NCBI GenBank assembly: GCA_963725665.1
Contig: CAVRZA010000004.1
Coordinates: 352,001-416,000 of the forward strand
Reading direction: 5' to 3'
Length of the DNA stretch: 64,000 nucleotides
DNA from: an uncultured Actinomycetes bacterium
GTDB lineage: Bacteria > Actinomycetota > Thermoleophilia > UBA2241
In this document: positions 53,797 through 63,649 of the stretch, piece by piece
Layout of the letters: the number at the start of each line of letters is the position of its first letter
How positions within the stretch are numbered: the stretch's first letter is position 1
Made by a program: the position numbers and the translations under genes
Notes under the pieces: generated by a model
The model's database searches: none
What the model saw: the letters and a program-made list of their open reading frames with translations, nothing else
What the model was told of the DNA's origin: nothing

Positions 53797-54468
53797 GTGA
53801 GCAGACCTTCCATCCTCATCCTGGAGGACGACAGCGACATGCGCTCGCTGCTCGTGCGCGGCCTGCGTGAGGAGGGGTACCGCGCCGAGAGCGTCGGTCT
53901 GGGCACGGAGCTGATCGACCGAGTGGCGAGGACCGGGCCTCCCGACCTCTTCATCATCGACATCGGTCTTCCGGACGCCGACGGGCGCGATGTCTGCCAG
54001 GCGCTGCGCGCCCAGGGCATCGTCGTGCCGGTGCTGTTCCTCACGGCTCGCGACGCCCTGCCGGACCGTCTGTCCGGCTTCAGCGCCGGCGGCGACGACT
54101 ATCTGACCAAGCCGTTCGCGTTTGCCGAGCTCGTCGTTCGGCTGGCTGCGCTCCTGCGTCGCGCCGGCGGCGAGCATAGCGTGCAAGTCGGCGAGCTGCG
54201 GCTGGACCCGGCGGCTCACGCGGCAGTGTGTGGTGGGGCCACGGTCCCGCTCACGCCGACCGAGTTCAGGCTGTTGGCGCGTCTCGCTGCGGCCCCGGGT
54301 GAAACGGTCCGCCGCCACGCGCTGGTGCAGACCGCCTGGCCCCATGGAGCGGTCGTCCACGACAACACACTCGACGCCTACATCGCGCGCCTGCGCCGCA
54401 AGCTGTCCGTTCTGCCCGGAGCTCCGGCGATAGGCACCGTGCACGGTGTCGGCTATTCGATACGGTGA
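53797..54468 (+). CDS. OmpR-family response regulator
   Basis: ILEDD, DIGLPDADG, LFLTARD, DDYLTKPF, LTPTEFRLL, TVHGVGY. Confidence 0.95.
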   Translation: MSRPSILILEDDSDMRSLLVRGLREEGYRAESVGLGTELIDRVARTGPPDLFIIDIGLPDADGRDVCQALRAQGIVVPVLFLTARDALPDRLSGFSAGGDDYLTKPFAFAELVVRLAALLRRAGGEHSVQVGELRLDPAAHAAVCGGATVPLTPTEFRLLARLAAAPGETVRRHALVQTAWPHGAVVHDNTLDAYIARLRRKLSVLPGAPAIGTVHGVGYSIR

Positions 54469-55820
54469 GCCTGCGCACCGCCCTCCGCCCGCGCAGCGTC
54501 AGATCTCGTCTGCTGCTGACCGTCGTCGTGTCGGTGGGCGGGGCCCTGGTGCTGATGACCGCAGGGTTCAACCTGCTGCTGTCGCGCGCCTTGTCGAACG
54601 ACGCCGACTCACTGGCGCGCTCGAGAGCCGAAGCCGGTTCGGCCGACGTTGTCAACGACCGCGCCGTGCTGTCGAGAGTCCCCGAGACGGGGGGCATGGA
54701 GAGCCAGTCATGGCTGTTCGTCGGAGACCGCACCTTCGAGAGTCCCCACGTGAGCGCGGCTCTCGACCGCGCGGCCCTCAGTGCTGCCGCATCACCCGGG
54801 GTGGTCGTCAACGTGCCTGCTGAGAGAGCTCGCCTCTACGCCGTGCCGGCCATCGTCGGCGGCAAGCAGGTGGCCGTTGTGGTGGCCGGCGTCTCGCTGG
54901 AGCCGTTTGAGGCCACGAGGCGCATCGCCTTGATCGGGTCACTCGCCTTGGCCGCGGTGCTGCTTGTGGTCGTCACCCTCGCGACCCGCTGGGTGCTCGC
55001 CGCTGCGCTGCGTCCTGTAGCCGAGATGACGGCCGCCGCCGATGCCTGGAGCACCGAAAACCTCGACCGTCGTTTCGCCCTCGGAGAGCCGACCGACGAG
55101 CTGAGCCAGCTCTCCGCCACCCTCGACAGGCTGCTCGACCGCCTCGCCAGCAGCCTGCGCCGCGAGCAGCGTTTCTCGGCCGAGCTCTCTCACGAGCTGC
55201 GCACGCCGCTGGCAAAGATTCGCGTCGAGGCCGAGCTCGCCCTGCGGCGCGAGCGCGAGCCGAGCGCCTACAAGGAGGCCTTGCGCACAGTCGAACGCAA
55301 CGTCGAGGTGTTGACCCGCACCGTCGACACGCTCGTGGCGGCCGCGCGTCAGGAGGCCGGGCTGGCGCGCGGCAGCGCCGACCCCGCGGCGGTGCTCGAT
55401 GCAGCGGCTGACGGGTGTGCCGAGCTCGCGAGGGAGCGTGGCGTGCGGGTCGCCGTCGCGTCTTACGCGCCGGGGATGCGCGTCGGCGTCGACAGCGACG
55501 TAGCAGCTCGCATCCTGCAGCCGCTGGTCGAGAACGCGTGCCGGTACGCCTCGACCGAGGTCGTTCTGACGGCGCACGCTGCGAACGGCCGGGTGCTGTT
55601 CACCGTCGACGACGACGGACCCGGGATCACTCCGGCAGAGCGTGAGAACATCTTCGAAGCGGGCGTAAGGGGCAGCGCCGCAGATGGCGCCGGCGCGCCG
55701 GTGGGAGCCGGCCTGGGGCTCGCTCTGGCGCGGCGTCTGGCTCGCACTGCTTCGGGCGACGTCTGGGCCGACGCGAGCACCGACGGAGGCCGCTTCGTTG
55801 CCCGACTTCCCGCCGGCTGA
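54465..55820 (+). CDS. Sensor histidine kinase (HAMP-HisKA-HATPase)
   Basis: Two TM, HAMP, SHELRTPL, VENACRY, DDGPGI, GLGLAL; GTGA overlap with the regulator. Confidence 0.95.
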   Translation: MSLRTALRPRSVRSRLLLTVVVSVGGALVLMTAGFNLLLSRALSNDADSLARSRAEAGSADVVNDRAVLSRVPETGGMESQSWLFVGDRTFESPHVSAALDRAALSAAASPGVVVNVPAERARLYAVPAIVGGKQVAVVVAGVSLEPFEATRRIALIGSLALAAVLLVVVTLATRWVLAAALRPVAEMTAAADAWSTENLDRRFALGEPTDELSQLSATLDRLLDRLASSLRREQRFSAELSHELRTPLAKIRVEAELALRREREPSAYKEALRTVERNVEVLTRTVDTLVAAARQEAGLARGSADPAAVLDAAADGCAELARERGVRVAVASYAPGMRVGVDSDVAARILQPLVENACRYASTEVVLTAHAANGRVLFTVDDDGPGITPAERENIFEAGVRGSAADGAGAPVGAGLGLALARRLARTASGDVWADASTDGGRFVARLPAG

Positions 55821-55903
55821 TCGAGCGGCGGGCGAGGGGCAATCCTTTGCTGACCGTGGTGGCGGCGACGCGCGGGCAACCTTCGGCGCGCGCTTGACCA
55901 ACG

Positions 55904-58900
55904 TCAGGAGTCTGTGAGCAGCGCCTCCGGCGGGGCGAAGCCCCGCCGCAGCGTGTTCTCGGTGATTGTCCGCGGCTCTAGGAACTGCAGCAGGTAGTCC
56001 GGGCCGCCCGCTTTGGAGCCTATGCCGCTCATCTTGAAGCCGCCGAATGGCTGCCGCTCGACCAGGGCACCGGTCGTGCCCCGGTTGATGTAGAGGTTGC
56101 CGACGCGGAACTCGCGCCGGCAGCGGGCGATCGTGGCCGGGCTGCGTGAGATGAGGCCGCCAGTGAGGGCGTACTGCGTGCCGTTGGCGATGGCGAGCGC
56201 CTCGTCGAGGTCGCGCGCCTTCATGACGGCGACGACGGGACCGAAGATCTCCTCCTGAGCGATGACGGCGTCTGGTTTCACATCGACGAAGATGTGGGGG
56301 CCGACGAAGTGGCCGTCGCCGGGCCAGCCGCCGGGGTGAGCGGGCGCGGCGAGGGCCGCACGGCCCTCGCCGCGCCCGCGCTCGATGTACCTCTCGATCT
56401 GGGCCTTGGCATCGGCCGTGATCACGGGGCCCATGCGAGTGGCAGGGTCTTCCGGTGGACCCACGACGAGGCTGGCCGCCGCCTCCGTGAGGCGGCGCAC
56501 GAACTCGTCGTAGGCGCCCTCGAGCACGATCACCCGCGATGTCGCCGAGCACTTCTGTCCCTGGTAGTGGAAGGCGGAGACGATCGTCTCGAGCACCGCT
56601 ACGTCGAGGTCGGCGTCGCTGTCGACGATGGTCGCGTTCTTGCCTCCCATCTCCGCGATGACGCGCTTCACGCTCTGGCGTCCGGGGTTCGCGGCGGCCT
56701 CGGCGATGATGTGCAGGCCCACCTCTTTGGAGCCGGTGAAGGCGATCATGTCGACGTCGGGGTGGCGCACGAGCAGGTCGCCGACCTTACCACCGGAACA
56801 GGGGAGGAAGTTGACCGTGCCCGGGGGCGCTCCCGCGGCATGCAGGATGCGCGCTAGCTGGGCGCCGATCACCGGAGTGGGACCGGCCGGCTTCACGATG
56901 ACGGCGTTGCCGGTGACCAGGGCGGCGCTGGTCATGCCGGTAAGGATGGCGAGGGGGAAGTTCCAGGGGGCGATGACGACGGCGACGCCGCGCGGCTGGT
57001 AGAAGTAGTGGTTCAGCTCGCCGGGCTCGTCACCCATGCGCCGCTGCCCGCCGAGACGGATCATCTCGCGCCCGTAGTACTCGAGGAAGTCGATCGCCTC
57101 GTCGACGTCGGCGTCGGCCTCGCGCCAGGTCTTGCCGGCCTCGAAGACCTCGAGCGCGGCGAGCTCGAAGAGCTCGCCGCGCATCAGCTCGGCCGCCCTG
57201 AAGAGCACGGCGGCGCGCTCGCGAGCCGGCGTGTCGCGCCAGGCGGGGTAGGCGGTGAGGGCGGCGTCGACGGCCCGGTGCGCCTCGGCTTTGCCGCCGT
57301 AGCCGACCGTGCCGATCACCTCGTCGGGACGCGCCGGGTTGAAGGACGTCAGCTTGTCGGCCGGCTCGGCCGGCTCACCGCCGATCATGAGCGGCCAGTG
57401 CTTGCCCAAGCCGGCCGTGGCCGTTCCGGAGTGCACGCGCTCGAGCGCGCGGGCGAAGGCCTCGCGGTTCTCGGCGCGCGAGAAGTCGGCGTGCGGCATG
57501 TTGTCGAAGGGAGCGGGCGCCGCGGGGTCGGTCGGCCGCACGATAGGCAGCCGCCGCGGCGGCTGCCCGAACTCGGCCGACGGCCGCGGCGCCCGCACGA
57601 GCTCGTCGACGGTCGCGCCCTCGGCGAAGGTCAGGCGCAGGAACGACTCGTTGGCCGTGTTCTCGAGCAGACGGCGCACGAAGTACGCCATGCCGGGGAT
57701 CAGCTCGCCGACCGGCGTGTACTCGCGCAGGCGCAACCCCAGCTTGCGCACGGCGGCCTTGATGGGCTCGCCCATGCCGTGCAGCATCTGCAGCTCGAAG
57801 GCGCTCTTCGGCAGCCCGAGCGCTTCGGCGTTGGCGATCACGTTCGCCAGCGAGCGCACGTTGTGGCTGCCGAACGCCGGGCGTATCTCGTCCACATGCT
57901 CGAGCATGATGCGCGTCAGGCGCTCGTACATCACGTCGCTGTCGGGCTTGTGCGTGAACACCGGCACCGGCCATCCCTCCTGGGCGGCGAGCACCGTCTC
58001 GTAGTCCCAGTAGGCCCCCTTTACGAGGCGCACGGTGACGACGCGACCGCGCTCGCGCGCCCAGTCGATGACGCCGCGCAGGTCGTCCTCGGCGTCGCGT
58101 AGATACGCCTGCACGACGACGCCGGCCTGGTCGTAGCCGCGGAACTCCTCCTCGTCGAGCAGCTCGGTGAAGATCGTGAAGGTGAGGTCGCGGTAGCGGA
58201 ACTGCTCGAGGTCGAGGTTGACGAAGGCGCCGGTCTCAATGGCCTTGCGGAAGATGGGCCGCAGCCGCCCCTTGATCGCCTCGGCGCTGCCGCCGAAGTT
58301 CAGGGGATCGATCTGCGAGAAGAGCGAGGTGACTTTGAGCGACACGTTGACGCGCGGCAGCTCGCCCCAGGCGGCCTCGTCGATGGCGGCGTCGGGGCTC
58401 CAGCTGCGGGCCTCCGCGGCGAGCCCGTCGAGCAGCTCGAGGTAGCGTCGCTGGTAGGCGACCGCCTCCTTCTCGCTCACCGTGGCCTCGCCGAGCACAT
58501 CGAGGGTGAAGCCCATGCGCTTGCGCCGCAGGTCGCGCAGCGCCGGCATGGAGTCGCGCGCGTCGCGGCCGATGATGAAGCGCTGCGCGAAGGCGAGCAT
58601 CTGGCGCCGGATGAAGGCCGTCGCCAGCGGTGAGACGACGGCGTTCCTGGCGGCGCCGAGGCCGGCCTTGAGCAAACGCGGGGCTTCGAGGCCGGGTTGG
58701 TCGAAGTATTCGGCCAGGTGACGGTCGATCTCGGCCCGAGAGGTCAGGGTGGGGAAGACGTCGACGAAGCGGAAGAGCTCGACCTTGAGCCGCTCGTCGG
58801 CCATGGCCCAGTCCATCATCTCCTGCTGCCAGCGCTCCTGCGAGAGCAGCGACGACTTGGACTGGTCCATCAGCGAGAAGAGGGAGCGGGCCGTGGCCTC

Positions 58901-58984
58901 GACCTTCTGCTCCAGGTCCATGCCCAGCGGAGCGCGGCCCTCGCCCGCCGCGCCGCCGGCCGTGGTCCTTGCCGCCCCGTCCAT
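55904..58984 (-). CDS. putA: Bifunctional proline dehydrogenase / P5C dehydrogenase
   Basis: LFRFVDVFP, RLVKGAYWDYE, RRLLENTANESF, PWNFP, FTGS, EMGGKN, GQKCSA, EEIFGP, QPFGG. Confidence 0.97.
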   Translation of the reverse strand: MDGAARTTAGGAAGEGRAPLGMDLEQKVEATARSLFSLMDQSKSSLLSQERWQQEMMDWAMADERLKVELFRFVDVFPTLTSRAEIDRHLAEYFDQPGLEAPRLLKAGLGAARNAVVSPLATAFIRRQMLAFAQRFIIGRDARDSMPALRDLRRKRMGFTLDVLGEATVSEKEAVAYQRRYLELLDGLAAEARSWSPDAAIDEAAWGELPRVNVSLKVTSLFSQIDPLNFGGSAEAIKGRLRPIFRKAIETGAFVNLDLEQFRYRDLTFTIFTELLDEEEFRGYDQAGVVVQAYLRDAEDDLRGVIDWARERGRVVTVRLVKGAYWDYETVLAAQEGWPVPVFTHKPDSDVMYERLTRIMLEHVDEIRPAFGSHNVRSLANVIANAEALGLPKSAFELQMLHGMGEPIKAAVRKLGLRLREYTPVGELIPGMAYFVRRLLENTANESFLRLTFAEGATVDELVRAPRPSAEFGQPPRRLPIVRPTDPAAPAPFDNMPHADFSRAENREAFARALERVHSGTATAGLGKHWPLMIGGEPAEPADKLTSFNPARPDEVIGTVGYGGKAEAHRAVDAALTAYPAWRDTPARERAAVLFRAAELMRGELFELAALEVFEAGKTWREADADVDEAIDFLEYYGREMIRLGGQRRMGDEPGELNHYFYQPRGVAVVIAPWNFPLAILTGMTSAALVTGNAVIVKPAGPTPVIGAQLARILHAAGAPPGTVNFLPCSGGKVGDLLVRHPDVDMIAFTGSKEVGLHIIAEAAANPGRQSVKRVIAEMGGKNATIVDSDADLDVAVLETIVSAFHYQGQKCSATSRVIVLEGAYDEFVRRLTEAAASLVVGPPEDPATRMGPVITADAKAQIERYIERGRGEGRAALAAPAHPGGWPGDGHFVGPHIFVDVKPDAVIAQEEIFGPVVAVMKARDLDEALAIANGTQYALTGGLISRSPATIARCRREFRVGNLYINRGTTGALVERQPFGGFKMSGIGSKAGGPDYLLQFLEPRTITENTLRRGFAPPEALLTDS

Positions 58985-59025
58985 CGTCGTCTCCAACCCG
59001 ACCCCCCTCGCCTGCAATCAGCCCG

Positions 59026-59553
59026 TCAGCGCGAGCGCCGGCCGAAGCGCTCGAACGAGAGCTTGCTCACCTGCCGCTGGGTGCGTGGCGCCTTGGTCTC
59101 CGCGGGATGCCCGACCGCTATCAGACTCAGGCAGCGCCAGTCGTCGACGGGCGCCCCGAGGATCTCCAGCGCGCGGCGCTCGTCGCCGTAGCCCTCGGTA
59201 GCTTCGTCGCGGATGCCCACCCAGACGGCGCCCAGCCCCAGCGACTGCGCTTCGAGGAGGACGTTCTCGGTGGCGGCGCTGCAGTCCTCGATCCACCAAG
59301 CCGAGTCCGGCCGGCCCAGCACGGCGATCACCAGCGGTGCCCGCGCGCACACGCCCGCCCACTGGTGCACGTGCGAGAGCCGGGCGCGCGTCTCCGCGTC
59401 GCGGACCACGACGAGGTGCCACGGCCTGGCGTTGTTGGCGCTGGGGGCGGCGAAGGCGGCGTCGATGAGCTTCTGCTCGTCCTCCTCGGAGATGTCGCCG
59501 CGGGTGTAGCGGCGGATGCTGCGCCGGGCGAGCAACAGGTCGAGTGCGTCCAT
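59026..59553 (-). CDS. Nitroreductase family protein
   Basis: RRSIRRY, APSANNARPW, DCSAATENVLL.AQSLGLGAVWVG. Confidence 0.93.
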   Translation of the reverse strand: MDALDLLLARRSIRRYTRGDISEEDEQKLIDAAFAAPSANNARPWHLVVVRDAETRARLSHVHQWAGVCARAPLVIAVLGRPDSAWWIEDCSAATENVLLEAQSLGLGAVWVGIRDEATEGYGDERRALEILGAPVDDWRCLSLIAVGHPAETKAPRTQRQVSKLSFERFGRRSR

Positions 59554-59650
59554 GGTCCCCTCCTCCGACTCCGGGAGCGATTCTATCAGGGGCAGTCCTG
59601 AGTTCCTGGTTGAGCTAGAATCCGGCCGTCGTACTGGAGGGAGGGAGCGA

Positions 59651-60148
59651 GTGGCGAGCGAGCGGCCACACCAGGAGGAGTCGACGGGGCGCGAGCGGCC
59701 CGACATCGTCATCCGCGAGTTCACACTGGACGACTACGACGAGGTGCTGGCGCTCTGGCTCGGTGCGGGGCCGGGGGTCGACCGGCGGCCGTCGGACGAG
59801 CATGACCAGGTGGCGCTCAAGGTCGAACGCGACCCCGATCTTTTCCTCGTCGCCACACTCGACGGGTACAGCGTCGGTGCGGTCATGGGCGGTTGGGATG
59901 GTCGGCGCGCCTACGTCTACCACCTCGCCGTCGTGCACGAGCTGCGCCGCCGCGAGGTGGGCGGCGCGCTCATGGACGAGCTCGAGGAGCGCCTGCGGCG
60001 CAAAGGCGCCCTGAAGGCGAAGTGCCAGATCTACACGCACAACGACGGGTCGTTGGCGTTCTTCAGGCAGCGTGGCTGGGAGATCGAGGACGGGCTCTGG
60101 CCGGTCGGCAAGCTGCTCGGAGGACCCGCCGACGACTCGCCCTGCTAG
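59651..60148 (+). CDS. GNAT acetyltransferase (YpeA-like)
   Basis: RDPDLFLVA, VMGGWDGRRAYVYHLAV, FFRQRGW. Confidence 0.9.
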   Translation: MASERPHQEESTGRERPDIVIREFTLDDYDEVLALWLGAGPGVDRRPSDEHDQVALKVERDPDLFLVATLDGYSVGAVMGGWDGRRAYVYHLAVVHELRRREVGGALMDELEERLRRKGALKAKCQIYTHNDGSLAFFRQRGWEIEDGLWPVGKLLGGPADDSPC

Positions 60149-60157
60149 AGGAGCGCC

Positions 60158-60604
60158 CTAGGGAAGCTGCAGCAGTTCGACGGTGAAGCCGTCGGGGTCG
60201 GCAACGTAGAGGGCGCGCACGCCCCGCCAGGCGTCACCGTCTTGGAGCTCGACTGGGTCCGAGCGCGTCGGGTGACCCGCCCTCTGGAGCCGACGGAACG
60301 CGTCGTCGATGTCGTCGACGAGCAGGCCGACATGCGCGCCTGAGGGTGGTCTCGCGGCCGGGTGGGCGTGGGGGAGGGCGGCGGGCTCGAGGGGCTGGAT
60401 GAGCTCCAGGAGCTGGTCGGCGCCAAGGTCGAGCTCCGCGTAGCGGAAGCGCATGCCCTCGGCGCCGACCAGCTCGTCCGTGTCGGGCCCGCCGCCCTCT
60501 CCCTCGTCGGTCACGGTGAGCCCGAGCAGCTCGCGGTAGAAGGCGAGCGAGCGCTCGAGATCGGCCACCTCGAGCCCCAAGTGGTGGAGACGTCTCGCGG
60601 TCAC
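60158..60604 (-). CDS. VOC (glyoxalase/epimerase) family protein
   Basis: LHHLGLEVADLERSLAFY, LELIQ, HVGLLVDDID, DPDGFTVELLQ; GTGA overlap with the upstream gene. Confidence 0.92.
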   Translation of the reverse strand: MTARRLHHLGLEVADLERSLAFYRELLGLTVTDEGEGGGPDTDELVGAEGMRFRYAELDLGADQLLELIQPLEPAALPHAHPAARPPSGAHVGLLVDDIDDAFRRLQRAGHPTRSDPVELQDGDAWRGVRALYVADPDGFTVELLQLP

Positions 60605-62118
60605 GGTCGCTCCTCTCCTCGCGGGTCTGTGGCGCTCTCTTTGTCGAAGGGCGGTGTGCCGACACATCCGTCCGGCTCCCACTGCGGCGCGCCACCGAGG
60701 CGGTCAGGCACGACATCCCGGGCGAACACCTCGGCGATGGTCTCGCGGCGCTTGATCACCTCTGCCTGCGCACCGCTCACAAGGACCGTCGCCGGGCGGG
60801 GCAGGGCGTTGAAGTTGTTGGCGCCGGAGTCCTGGTAGGCGCCGGTGGCGAGGAAAGCGAGCAGGTCGCCGGGCACGACCTCGGGCAGGTGCGCGTCGGG
60901 CACGAGCAGGTCGAAGCCGCAACTGCAGCCGACGATGTCGGCCGTTTGGGTCGACGACGCTGCGCCCTTCTCAGGCAGGATCGTCGGCCAGCGCACGTGC
61001 TCCAGGTTGACGTCGGGGAGGAAGGCCTCGGAGGTGTCGGTCTCGACCCAGGTGCGCGGTATCGGATCGCGCTGCTCCTTCAGGTTGACGACGCGTGCAA
61101 GATGCAGCCCCGCGGTCGCGTAGACGGCTCTGCCGGGCTCGATCTCGAGACAGAGCCCGGTAGTTGTGAAGCCGTGCGTCGTGAGTTCCCGGCGCAACGT
61201 CGAGGTGAGCACCGCGGCGTATTCGGCCGGCGTCGGCGCGATTGGCAGATCGCCGAGCTCCTCGTCGCTCAGGCCGGTCAGCCCCACGGGATCTCCCGGG
61301 TAGGAGAAGCCTCCGCCGAGGTCGAGCTCGCGCGGCTGCCAGCCGTCCCAGGCCTCGCGCAACTCGGCGAGCAGCTCGACGAGGCTTGCGACCATGCCCT
61401 CGAAGAGCTCGGCTCGCCGGCTGTGACGCGCGACGTGGCAGTGCACGCCGCTCACGTCGAGCGCGGGGTCGGTCAGCAGCTCGCCGTCGAGCGCCAGCAG
61501 ATCGTCGGGCGGGATGCCGGGCTTGTAGCGCTGCGCCACCTCGCGGATCGGCACCCGCTGACCGGGGAAGAAGTCGCTCACGCCGGCGAGGGCGGTGTAG
61601 CGTGGCCTGACGCGCAGGCGGGCGGTCGCGCGCGAGCCGAGCTCGCGCGCGACCGCCCGCAGCAGCTCGAGCTCGCGCACGCTGTCGACCGTTACGCGCG
61701 CGCCGGCGAGCACCGCCTCCCGCAGCAATCCCTCGTCTTTGCCGGTCCCGTTGACCGAGATGAGCGCCGGGTCGACTTCGCAGGCCAGCGCGGCCCTCAG
61801 CTCGCTGGCGCCGAAGGTGTCGCAACCGGCGCCCTCCTCGCTGAGGACGCGGCGCAGGGCGAGCGCGTAGTTGGCCTTGATCGACGGCAGGACGTGCACC
61901 GGTCCCTCGGTCCAGCTCGCCTCGAAGGCGCGACGGAAGGCGCGCAGGTTGGCGCGCAGTTGTGTCTCTGAGACGACGTACAACGGCGTGCCAAAACGCT
62001 CGGCGAGCCCGGCGGCTTCACAGTCCTCGACGAAGAGTCGGCCGTCACGCAGCGAGAGGCAGGACATGGGGGCGATGGCCTGCGGGCCGTCCAAGGTCAG
62101 CCGGGCACCGTCTGTCAT
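60601..62118 (-). CDS. PLP-dependent group IV decarboxylase (diaminopimelate decarboxylase-like, divergent)
   Basis: FGTPLYV, SIKAN, VTVDS, DLGGGF, IEPGR, GAYQ..NNFN.LPRP. Confidence 0.85.
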   Translation of the reverse strand: MTDGARLTLDGPQAIAPMSCLSLRDGRLFVEDCEAAGLAERFGTPLYVVSETQLRANLRAFRRAFEASWTEGPVHVLPSIKANYALALRRVLSEEGAGCDTFGASELRAALACEVDPALISVNGTGKDEGLLREAVLAGARVTVDSVRELELLRAVARELGSRATARLRVRPRYTALAGVSDFFPGQRVPIREVAQRYKPGIPPDDLLALDGELLTDPALDVSGVHCHVARHSRRAELFEGMVASLVELLAELREAWDGWQPRELDLGGGFSYPGDPVGLTGLSDEELGDLPIAPTPAEYAAVLTSTLRRELTTHGFTTTGLCLEIEPGRAVYATAGLHLARVVNLKEQRDPIPRTWVETDTSEAFLPDVNLEHVRWPTILPEKGAASSTQTADIVGCSCGFDLLVPDAHLPEVVPGDLLAFLATGAYQDSGANNFNALPRPATVLVSGAQAEVIKRRETIAEVFARDVVPDRLGGAPQWEPDGCVGTPPFDKESATDPRGEERP

Positions 62119-62166
62119 GGCTGGGCCCCTGCTGCATCGCATCCGGTCACGACGCGCGGCCCGTCG

Positions 62167-63480
62167 TCAACCGGTGACACCGCACCAGCGCATCGCCGCC
62201 AGGGCGACGATCGCGCAGAAATCGACGAGGTCCTCGACCGGCGCGCGTTCGTCGACGGCGTGCGCCGTCTCTTCACCGCCGATGCCGTAGGAGAACGTCG
62301 GTGTGCCGGAGCGCGAGAAGTGCGCCGCGTCATGCCAGGAGTCGAGGCCTGCGACCGCGCCTCGCCTGCCGCACTCGGCCCCCGTCGCCAGCGTGAGTTG
62401 TACCAGCGGGTGGTCGGCCGGTATCTCTCCCGGCACGACGTCCTCCATCCATCCCCACTGCAGCGGGTGCTCGCGCAGCCAGGGGTCGGCCTGGGCGGCG
62501 GCGTCGATCCACGTCATGATCTCGCGCTCCACGGCCTTGCCCGTGCCCTCCTCATCGACATCGCCCGGCAGGTACTGAGCGTCGCAGGTGACAGTGCACG
62601 ACGGGGGAACGGTGACGACCCAGACGCCGCCCTCGATCAGCGTGGGGACGATGTCGCCCGGCGAGAGCAGCGGGTGGCGCTTGTCGGCCCTTCCGCGCCA
62701 CTCCTCGCGCAGCGTCTTGATCGCGTCGATCACGACCTGTGCCTTCTCGATGGCGTTGACGGCGCCGCCCTCCGACCAGTGTGGGTGTACCACCTCGGCG
62801 TGTCCCGCCCGCCCCGGCACGGTGATGATGGGGCAGACCGTGCCACGGCAGGTCACCCAGGCGTCGAAGCCGGTTGGCTCAGCGCAGATGCCGGCGTCGG
62901 CGCGCACCCCATGGGCTATGCAGGCGAGGCTGCCGGCGCCGGAGGACTCCTCGTCGGTGTTGGCACAGTAGACGACGTCGCCGCGCAACCGCACGCCAGC
63001 GCCCCGCAAGCACTCGAGGGCGAAGAGTAGCGAGGCGAGGCCGCCCTTCATGTCGTTGACGCCACGGCCGTAGAGCAGGCCATCGCGCACCTCAGCCTTG
63101 AATGGGTCGCTCGCCCAGGACTCGACAGGGCCGGGCGTCACGGCGTCGATATGACCGTTGAGGAGGAGGCTGCGGCCGTTCCCGGCGCCGGCGAGCCGCG
63201 CCGCGAGCTGCGGTCGCCCCTTGAAGTCGAGGTCGTCGGGGACGAAGCGGTCGCCCTTGCTTGTGGGATCGGGCTCCCACACGTCGACCTCGGCTGCCAG
63301 AGCCTTCAGGCGCGCGGCGAGGATGCCCTGGAGCTTCGCCTCGTCGCGGGGCGGGTCCTTCGGCGAACGGGCGGTCGTGTCGCAGGCGACGAGCTCGGTC
63401 ACGAGGCCGACGAGCTCGTCGCGTCTCTCGCGCACGCGCTCGACCACGTCCTCTTCGAGGTGGCTGCGGGGCTCATCCAT
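62167..63480 (-). CDS. ArgE/DapE-family M20 deacylase
   Basis: SLLLNGHID, YGRGVNDMKGG, DEESSGAG, AEPT, GRAGHA, AHAVDE. Confidence 0.93.
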   Translation of the reverse strand: MDEPRSHLEEDVVERVRERRDELVGLVTELVACDTTARSPKDPPRDEAKLQGILAARLKALAAEVDVWEPDPTSKGDRFVPDDLDFKGRPQLAARLAGAGNGRSLLLNGHIDAVTPGPVESWASDPFKAEVRDGLLYGRGVNDMKGGLASLLFALECLRGAGVRLRGDVVYCANTDEESSGAGSLACIAHGVRADAGICAEPTGFDAWVTCRGTVCPIITVPGRAGHAEVVHPHWSEGGAVNAIEKAQVVIDAIKTLREEWRGRADKRHPLLSPGDIVPTLIEGGVWVVTVPPSCTVTCDAQYLPGDVDEEGTGKAVEREIMTWIDAAAQADPWLREHPLQWGWMEDVVPGEIPADHPLVQLTLATGAECGRRGAVAGLDSWHDAAHFSRSGTPTFSYGIGGEETAHAVDERAPVEDLVDFCAIVALAAMRWCGVTG

Positions 63481-63649
63481 GCGGTCCTCCAGTGCGGCGA
63501 CGAACGGCGAAGCGACGAGCCGACCCCAGGTGCGACCGGCCGTGGCACGATGATAGAAAAGGGCGCGTCTGCGCCGCAAGGCGGCGCGGGCGCGCCCCGG
63601 GTCTTCAGTGAGTCGGGCAGGCGGCGCGGAGCCGGCGCGCCCGGAGTGC

